From Synechococcales cyanobacterium RM1_1_8 (lineage in GTDB: Bacteria > Cyanobacteriota > Cyanobacteriia > PCC-9006 > JAAUQQ01): DNA of 24,684 bases. Position 1 is the stretch's first letter, and each line of letters starts with the position of its first letter. The stretch covers positions 1 through 24,684 of the forward strand of contig JAAUQQ010000025.1 in the NCBI GenBank assembly GCA_012032745.1. The letters run 5' to 3'. Positions 16,173 through 22,489 of this stretch are shown one piece after another. The notes under the pieces are model-generated. The model made no database searches and had not been told where the DNA came from. It was given only the letters and a program-made list of their open reading frames with translations. The position numbers were made by a program, and so were the translations under genes.

Positions 16173-17182
16173 TAGGACACCTGCTTATGGTCTAAATGTT
16201 TGAGAAAAATCGTTTCCAGATCTTCGCGGGTATGGTTGAACTGGCGAATGGGAAGGCCGGCGGTGATCAGCGATCGCAACAGCGCCCCCGCTGCGGCCCC
16301 ATCCCCCTCAAATTCCACACAAATCTCCTGGGCCGAAACCTGGGTCTGGGCTATCACAGCGTTATGACGGCCAAGCGCCTCGGACAGTTCCGCCCCATCC
16401 CCCAGGGTGGCAATGAAAATCTGCTGGCGGCTGAGTCGCTGGTACAACTCATCCAGGGGCGCACTCTCGACCAAATGGCCCAGCTCCATGATGCCGATGG
16501 TGCTGCAAAAATCCGCCAGGTCGCTAAGCACATGGGAGGAAATCAGGATCGTCATGGCGCTGGCTTGGAGTGCTTTGATAATGTCCCGAAACTCCATCCG
16601 CGCCACGGGGTCCAGGCCCGAAACCGGCTCATCCAGCACCAGCAGCGAAGGCTGATGCACAATCGTCCGGGCCAATCCCAGGCGTTGCTTCATGCCCCGC
16701 GATAGCTCCGTGGTGCGGCTGTGGCGCTTGCTGGTGAGCTGCACCAACTCCAGGATGTCGTAGAGCCTGCTGCGCCGCTGCGTGACGCCATAGAGCCGCG
16801 CAAAATAGTCCAAATATTGCCAAACGGTCAGGTCATCGTAGAGCGGGTAATCATCGGGCAAATAGCCGATGCAGCGCTGGAGCTGGGGGTTGTCTTGGTC
16901 CTGGCGCAGGGGCTCGCCGTTGATCAAAATTTCTCCCAGGGTGGGCGTTTCCGCTCCCACCAGCATTTCCATCAGCGTGGTCTTGCCCGCGCCGTTGGGG
17001 CCGATCAGGCCGTAGACTTCGCTGGGGAATAGGTCCAGGTCCAGGTCATTGACGGCAATTTTTCGCCCGTAGCGCTTGGTCAGGCCGCGAGCGCTGAGGG
17101 TGGGCTGGGGTGAGTTGAGATCGGGTGGCGGCTGGGGCGAGGAGCGGGCGATCGCCTCGGCGGGCGACAGTGGGGAAACCAT
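16172..17182 (-). CDS. ABC transporter ATP-binding protein
   Basis: Walker A GPNGAGKTT, signature LSRGMKQRLGLA, Walker B LLVLDEP, H-loop SSHVL. Confidence 0.92.
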   Translation of the reverse strand: MVSPLSPAEAIARSSPQPPPDLNSPQPTLSARGLTKRYGRKIAVNDLDLDLFPSEVYGLIGPNGAGKTTLMEMLVGAETPTLGEILINGEPLRQDQDNPQLQRCIGYLPDDYPLYDDLTVWQYLDYFARLYGVTQRRSRLYDILELVQLTSKRHSRTTELSRGMKQRLGLARTIVHQPSLLVLDEPVSGLDPVARMEFRDIIKALQASAMTILISSHVLSDLADFCSTIGIMELGHLVESAPLDELYQRLSRQQIFIATLGDGAELSEALGRHNAVIAQTQVSAQEICVEFEGDGAAAGALLRSLITAGLPIRQFNHTREDLETIFLKHLDHKQVS

Positions 17183-17264
17183 AGGCGGCTTGGGGCTGGG
17201 GAGCGGAGGCGGATATATCTGGCAGGACTCTTCCCCTGGACTTCAAGTTCCGGGGGGGCCATTT

Positions 17265-17300
17265 CGGGAAATATTGCGGGAAATATTGCGGGAAATTACG
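17265..17300. repeat. 12-bp tandem repeat CGGGAAATATTG x2 plus a degenerate third unit, in the ABC operon upstream region
   Basis: Read directly: 17265-17276 equals 17277-17288, and 17289-17300 reads CGGGAAATTACG. Confidence 0.85.
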
Positions 17301-17369
17301 GAGGGGGGTGGCGATCGCCAAGCAGCAGACTTGGGAGCGGATGGCGCGGTCTGTCAGCGAGATCTGCAA

Positions 17370-18917
17370 TCAGGCTCGAATGACCGTGATCTCTCGTCCA
17401 CCGGGACTCTGTTCAAGGTCGCTGCTCAACCGGGTCTCTAGCTCAGGCGCATCCGTTCTGCGATCAAAAATCACCAGCCAGCCAGATTCTTGATTCAATC
17501 GGGCTAAATATCCATCTAGCTGCGCGAGCCCCTGGCCCAACGGATCCCCTTTCCTGTCGCGCCACACCTTGAGTTCGATGCCCAAAGTCACCGTGCCATA
17601 GCGCAGGCAGAGATCCATGCGATCGCGTCCAATGGCATATTCCCGCTCTAGCGTTCCCCCGCCGTTGACGACGCGGTGCAAAAACGCCATCAGCACCAGA
17701 TGGGGGGCAATTTCGGGATAGGAGGCACTTTTGAGCAGCGGTTCTCCATGTTGTAGCCAAAACGCTAGGAATGCTTGCAGGAGTGCGGAGGTTTCCAGGT
17801 CTCCTGTGGGGGTGAGCCAGCTGGGGGCAATCTGGGGTAGGGAAGCCATGGGAGTGACGGTCAGTGCCCGAGGCAGTACCTCGCGGTAGATGGGGTTCGC
17901 GATCGCCAGTCCGCCTCTCGCATCCATGACGCAAAGGCCCAAATCAATCAAAAACTGAATGTCATCATTGGGAACGTTGCCCAGCTCCAGCCCCGCCAGG
18001 ATCGGTTCAATAATGGCTTTAACCCGAGGTTCGCGCAGGCGTTCTGCGAGGCTATCGAGGTGGGTGTCTTGCCGTTTGATCAAGATTTCTTTGGCGGTTT
18101 GAAAGTGCTCGGGCGTGATGGAGATCGCTTCATCAGTGACTAGCTCTTCGACGATTTCTTTGGCGAGGGCATTGACGAGCCAGGGCTGGCCTTGGGTGAG
18201 TTCAAAGGCCAGTTCTGCGGCTTCTGGAGTGAAAATTTGGCCGGTTGCTGCGGTGTGCTGTTGATAGAGTTCTGCGACTTCTTCGGCGTTGAAATTGCGG
18301 AGGGTGAGCGATCGCACTTTGATGTTGAAAGGGCTGGATGTGTTTAATCGCTCACTGCCGCCGGATGCAACTTTGTAGTCCCGCACATCTCGCAGACCAA
18401 TTAAGCCAACGGACTGGGGAAAGGCGGTGGGTCGATTGGGATGGCCATCGCGAAGCTGCCGTAGCACCGACAGTAGCGCCTGGTCCTGAAGCGAATCGAT
18501 TTCGTCGATAAACAATACCAGGGGACGGGGGGACGATTTTGCCCATTGGTAGAGGGCACGGCTAATTTGTTGGCCCGGTTCTGATGGTGGCCAAGGGGGA
18601 GGTTGCAGTTCTGGGGCCAGTCGCACAGATACGGATTGCCGCCAAGCACCTAGGATTGCCGCTTCTGCCCCGGCAATGTCGTTGCTGAAGGATGCGCCGA
18701 TTTCTGCTGAGAGCATGACCGCAGTATATTCGCCACTTTCGGTGAGCTGTTGCGCGAGGGCCAGCATGGCGGTGGTTTTGCCGACTTGCCGGGGGGCGTG
18801 GATGACGAAGTAGTTTTGCTGGGCAATCAGTCGCTCCAGGTTGGGTAGGCGGCGGGTGGCCGGGAGCATGTAGTGGATGTCGCTGCGGCAGGGGCCTGCG
18901 GTGTTGAACCATTGCAT
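17370..18917 (-). CDS. P-loop (AAA-like) ATPase with C-terminal PD-(D/E)XK-like nuclease module
   Basis: Walker A HAPRQVGKTT, Walker B LVLFIDEIDSL. The C-terminal GRDRMDLCLRY...LGIELKVW fits D...ExK. The N-terminal FNTAGPC...HYMLP block is typical of a large family of uncharacterised ATPases. Confidence 0.75.
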   Translation of the reverse strand: MQWFNTAGPCRSDIHYMLPATRRLPNLERLIAQQNYFVIHAPRQVGKTTAMLALAQQLTESGEYTAVMLSAEIGASFSNDIAGAEAAILGAWRQSVSVRLAPELQPPPWPPSEPGQQISRALYQWAKSSPRPLVLFIDEIDSLQDQALLSVLRQLRDGHPNRPTAFPQSVGLIGLRDVRDYKVASGGSERLNTSSPFNIKVRSLTLRNFNAEEVAELYQQHTAATGQIFTPEAAELAFELTQGQPWLVNALAKEIVEELVTDEAISITPEHFQTAKEILIKRQDTHLDSLAERLREPRVKAIIEPILAGLELGNVPNDDIQFLIDLGLCVMDARGGLAIANPIYREVLPRALTVTPMASLPQIAPSWLTPTGDLETSALLQAFLAFWLQHGEPLLKSASYPEIAPHLVLMAFLHRVVNGGGTLEREYAIGRDRMDLCLRYGTVTLGIELKVWRDRKGDPLGQGLAQLDGYLARLNQESGWLVIFDRRTDAPELETRLSSDLEQSPGGREITVIRA

Positions 18918-19156
18918 GGTGGGTGGCCGTTGGGGAGGTTGAGGTGGGTGGGTTGAGTTTTGGTGGATGGGTTGGGTTGCTGATGTTTGAGTTTAGCTTG
19001 GGGGTTGGGTTGGGTGTTGGAAGAGCGAGCGGGGGGTGTGGAAGGTTTGGTAGAAGTCTCGGTAGGATAGAGTTTCGGCGCACTGCATCATGAGCTGGAT
19101 TGCCTCCTCAGTTTTTAAGGCCATGTGAGATTCCCCCGAAGTAGTAGACAGTGAAC

Positions 19157-19996
19157 TCAAGCTGCGACAGGCTGACTTAGAGAGAGCCAGTAGTCCTCTT
19201 CAAATTGAACAGGGGAGAGAAATCCAATCGTTGAATGAATTCGTTGCCGATTATAGAAAACCTCAATCCACTCAGAGATCGCGGTCTTCGCTTCAGCATG
19301 ATCAGCAAAAGTCATCCGATGAATAAACTCCATCTTAATCGTACCAAAGAAACTCTCTGCAACTGCATTATCCCAGCAATTAGCACGACGACTCATGCTG
19401 CCTTGAATTCCTGCATTTTGCAATGCAATCTGATAGTCATTACTCGCATATTGACTCCCTCGGTCAGAATGAAATATCAATCCCTGAGATGAGGCTTGAC
19501 GCTGCCCTAAAGCGGCCTCTAATGCCGTCAACACCAACTCGGTTCGCATGTGGTCTGCCATCGACCAGCCCACCACTCGGCGAGAAAACAGGTCAATGAT
19601 CACCGCCAAGTATAACCAGCCTTCTCCCGTCCAAATGTAGGTCATGTCAGCCACCCACACTCGATCCGGTTCAGTGGTCTTAAATTCCCGATTCAACAGA
19701 TTGTCGGAGATTGGGAAAGAATGCTCAGAATCAGTGGTGGCCTTGAATTTACGCTTCGGACGGGCGCGAAGTTCAAGCTCGGCCATCAGGCGGGCCACCC
19801 GGTTGAGACCCACCTCAAAGCCTCGCTCCAACAAGGCTTCATGCATCCGGGGAGAGCCATAGGTACCTCGACTCGCCTCGAAGATTTCAACAATCTGCTC
19901 AGACAAAATCTGATTCTCCCTTGCTCGTGGGGAGCTATTACGCTTACACCAGGCGTAATAGCCACTGCGGGTTAAATTCAACACACGACACATCAA
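19157..19996 (-). CDS. IS3-family transposase OrfB (rve/DDE integrase core); +1, not -1, relative to orfA
   Basis: MCRVLNLTRSGYYAW, WVADMTYI (D), HSDRGSQYAS (D) and NAVAESFFGTIK (E) are the DDE catalytic blocks. The frame analysis is given in the findings. Confidence 0.85.
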   Translation of the reverse strand: MMCRVLNLTRSGYYAWCKRNSSPRARENQILSEQIVEIFEASRGTYGSPRMHEALLERGFEVGLNRVARLMAELELRARPKRKFKATTDSEHSFPISDNLLNREFKTTEPDRVWVADMTYIWTGEGWLYLAVIIDLFSRRVVGWSMADHMRTELVLTALEAALGQRQASSQGLIFHSDRGSQYASNDYQIALQNAGIQGSMSRRANCWDNAVAESFFGTIKMEFIHRMTFADHAEAKTAISEWIEVFYNRQRIHSTIGFLSPVQFEEDYWLSLSQPVAA

Positions 19997-20027
19997 ATTG
20001 ATTGGAAATTGACCTTCTCCGCATGGA

Positions 20028-20354
20028 TTAGCTCGTAGGGTCGGAGCTTTCCCTTGCGAAGAAGGTCGCTGCTTTTTTTAGGAAGTCACGCTCCATTTTT
20101 ACGCGTTTGAGTTCACGTCGCAGCATCAAGAGCTCTTGTTGTTCTGCACTCGTTAATTCACCCTCTATTCTGGGTTGTGCGTCAATCTGAGATTGCTTGA
20201 CCCATTTGCGCAGAGCACTTTCGGTCAATCCCATCTCCTTAGCAACCTGGCTGACTGGCTTGCCAGATTGCTTCACAATGTTGACGGCTTCGGCTTTCTG
20301 CTCGTCCGTAAATAGGCGGCGTGGTTTTTTCGTCATTTGAACATTCTCCTTCAT
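20028..20354 (-). CDS. IS3-family transposase OrfA (HTH)
   Basis: FTDEQKAEAV...GKPVSQVAKEMGLTESALRKWVKQ HTH, a leucine-zipper-like segment, and C-terminal FLKKAATFFA typical of IS3 OrfA. Confidence 0.9.
   Translation of the reverse strand: MKENVQMTKKPRRLFTDEQKAEAVNIVKQSGKPVSQVAKEMGLTESALRKWVKQSQIDAQPRIEGELTSAEQQELLMLRRELKRVKMERDFLKKAATFFARESSDPTS
20073..20079 (-). promoter_or_regulatory. A7 slippery run for programmed -1 ribosomal frameshifting (cta aaa aaa gca)
   Basis: The -1 frame after the run reads KKSSDLLRKGKLRPYELIHAEKVNF, the usual OrfAB linker of IS3 elements. Confidence 0.75.
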
Positions 20355-20454
20355 TTCGACTCATTTGGAATGTCAACTTTTTCGGGGGAATGTCACCCCT
20401 CCACTGCCCCTGTGCTTCTCCCAACTCATAGGAGCCAAAACCCAAAATCCCCGC

Positions 20455-21303
20455 CTACTCAGCCTGACGCAAGGCTTGGACCTCCGCTAGGCTCAGGCCC
20501 GTGGTTTGACTGATGGTGGTGTCATCCAGGAGATTGAGCAATTCCTGGGCAATGCGGCGTTGGGCCTGGCGATCGCCCTGCTCAATCCCCTGACGCAAAG
20601 CCAGCCTCACCGCATTGCGCTGGTCATGGATAAACATCTCCCGCTGCTCCAGGTCTTCTAATTCCTCGGGGGTCAAATTCGCCTGGCTGGCCAGCTCAAA
20701 CGCCTGGCGCAGGGCCGGAACCTCCCCAAAGCTGCCAGGAACCTCCTGTAGTTGTTTGGCGTTTTTGAGGAAAAACAGCCACTGTTCAGCCAGACCAGTC
20801 ACTGCCTCAATCGCGCGCTCAAACTTGGGCAGTTCAACAAAAATCAACTCCAAATCATGGGTGGGATAATCGAAGAGAAAGTCCTTTTCCTTGAGAATGA
20901 AGCTGGAGCGATAGCTCTCCAGCTCCTCGAACATGACAAAATCCGTAATCGTCAGGGCAATCACTGGATTGAGTAGGCGATAGTCATCGCCGCTGCCGAG
21001 CTGGGTGGAATAGGCTTTGGCGGCGTTGTAGAGGATACGCTTTTCAAAACCCTCAATGTTGAGCACCTGCATTTCAATGATCACGCTGGTGCCATCCGCC
21101 AGTTGGGCTTTGACATCCAGGTAGCTGTCCTTCATGCCCCGCACCCGAGGTGCTTGGTAGGGGTTGAGGATTTCTAGGCTCTGGATGGTGGATTCGCCCT
21201 CGTAGATCAGGCCATTGAGAAAGCTAATCAGAACGGTCTGGCTCTGGGGGGAGCCAAAGATCTTTTTGAAGGCAAAGTCGGTCTTGGGGTTGATAAACCG
21301 CAT
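20455..21303 (-). CDS. Rpn-family recombination-promoting nuclease / putative transposase (PD-(D/E)XK)
   Basis: The N-terminal INPKTDFAFKKIFG and DSYLDVKAQ...IIEMQV blocks are diagnostic of this family, which is abundant in cyanobacteria. Confidence 0.85.
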   Translation of the reverse strand: MRFINPKTDFAFKKIFGSPQSQTVLISFLNGLIYEGESTIQSLEILNPYQAPRVRGMKDSYLDVKAQLADGTSVIIEMQVLNIEGFEKRILYNAAKAYSTQLGSGDDYRLLNPVIALTITDFVMFEELESYRSSFILKEKDFLFDYPTHDLELIFVELPKFERAIEAVTGLAEQWLFFLKNAKQLQEVPGSFGEVPALRQAFELASQANLTPEELEDLEQREMFIHDQRNAVRLALRQGIEQGDRQAQRRIAQELLNLLDDTTISQTTGLSLAEVQALRQAE

Positions 21304-21648
21304 GGGGGGATGGGGCTCGCCAGTTCAGTCTTATTCTAAGTCCTCTATTCAGGGGCTGCTGTGGCCCGGTGCCATGGGCCGCAAGACCGCATCGGGCAGA
21401 GGGGATGGCCCAGGAGCGCACTTTTGACACTCCCCATAGCTTGCAAGATCGGGCGGGAAATTGACACAGAGATCGATCTGGGAGCTGTTCAGTGAATCAT
21501 CTTGGGAATCCCAACGGATTAGATTGTATCTATAGGAAATTCCTCCCATCTCCACCCCCGCTCGGCGTTTTCCTCCCTGCCACTTCTGTCTCCCAGCGCC
21601 CAGAGCGCTGTGCTGCCGCCCCTTCCAGAGCTACCCCCACCAGCCCAT

Positions 21649-22389
21649 ATGCTATTCAACTTCACCAACTTGCCCTACTGGATTTTGCTCGTCGCGGGGA
21701 CGCTGCTGTTTCTGCTGGTGATTGGCACTGGCGGAGGCGAGGATGATGTGGAGCTGGACAGCGATGTTGATGCGGATTTGGATATGGATCTTGATGCAGA
21801 GGCCAATCTCTCTGCGGTCGAATCCGAGTTTGATGCAGAACTGGATGGAGAGGGGGAGTTCAGCCTGGGCGCGATGCTGGGCTGGCTGGGCATTGGTAAG
21901 GCACCGCTGCTGTTGCTGCTGGCCATTGACCTGAGCACTTGGGGGCTGGTGGGCTGGATGTTCAATGTTTTGGCAGGTGGGCTGTTAGGCTCGATACCTA
22001 CGGGGGCTGTGGGCGGCTTGGTGTTGGGGGGCTCCTTTGGGATTGCCCTGGCCACGGGCAGCGCCCTTTCCCACCCCATCGGCAAAATTTTTGCCGCCTT
22101 TGGTGAGGATGCCAGTGACGATCGCCTAGTGGGCTGCGTAGGCCGCGTCTCTTCGGCGCGACTGCCCTCGGTGCGCAGCCAGCAAATTGGCCAGATCGAT
22201 GTGCTAGATCGCGCTCGTAATTTGGTGACAATTAGTGCCTGCCTGCCAGACTGGGCAGCGGTTCCAGCCCAGCGTGGAGATGAGGTCTTGGTGATTGAGC
22301 GGTTGGCGCGAGGATATTTGGTAATTGTCAAAGTGGGGGAGGATTATGAGACCTGGTTGAACGCTCAGCAGAATAGTGGAGACCCCTAG
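21649..22389 (+). CDS. YqiJ/NfeD-like membrane protein (acidic loop, TM helices, C-terminal OB-like domain)
   Basis: The architecture (N-terminal TM, poly-acidic DxD tract, 2-3 TM helices, C-terminal beta domain GDEVLVIERLARGYLVIVK) and its position directly upstream of a flotillin gene mirror yqiJ-yqiK. The track start is GTG 21610; ATG 21649 is more likely. Confidence 0.65.
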   Translation: MLFNFTNLPYWILLVAGTLLFLLVIGTGGGEDDVELDSDVDADLDMDLDAEANLSAVESEFDAELDGEGEFSLGAMLGWLGIGKAPLLLLLAIDLSTWGLVGWMFNVLAGGLLGSIPTGAVGGLVLGGSFGIALATGSALSHPIGKIFAAFGEDASDDRLVGCVGRVSSARLPSVRSQQIGQIDVLDRARNLVTISACLPDWAAVPAQRGDEVLVIERLARGYLVIVKVGEDYETWLNAQQNSGDP

Positions 22390-22489
22390 GATGAGGTTTT
22401 AATCTCGATTTATGAGTGGTATATTCGCTCCATTTTCAAGTTTTATATTGGTTCAAGTTTGTAGCCTGTTTCATTGAGGAAAATCTGCT

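Larger units (their letters stand above)
19126..20395 (-). mobile_element. IS3-family insertion sequence (1270 bp)
   Basis: Terminal inverted repeats are TGAGATTCCCCCGAAGTAGTAGACA (19126-19150) and TGTCAACTTTTTCGGGGGAATGTCA (20371-20395), with TG...CA termini. The orfA/orfB organisation has an A7 slippery run. Confidence 0.9.

Noticed and set aside
18562-19083. 173-aa Pro/Thr/His-rich minus-strand ORF
   Set aside because: It is the translation of the C/A-rich complement of the G/T-rich tract and overlaps the 5' end of the ATPase gene. It is a compositional artefact.
21675-22331. 218-aa minus-strand ORF antisense to the YqiJ-like gene, and 23865..24281 antisense to flotillin
   Set aside because: These are Ser/Ala/Arg-rich shadow frames inside genes with clear family signatures.
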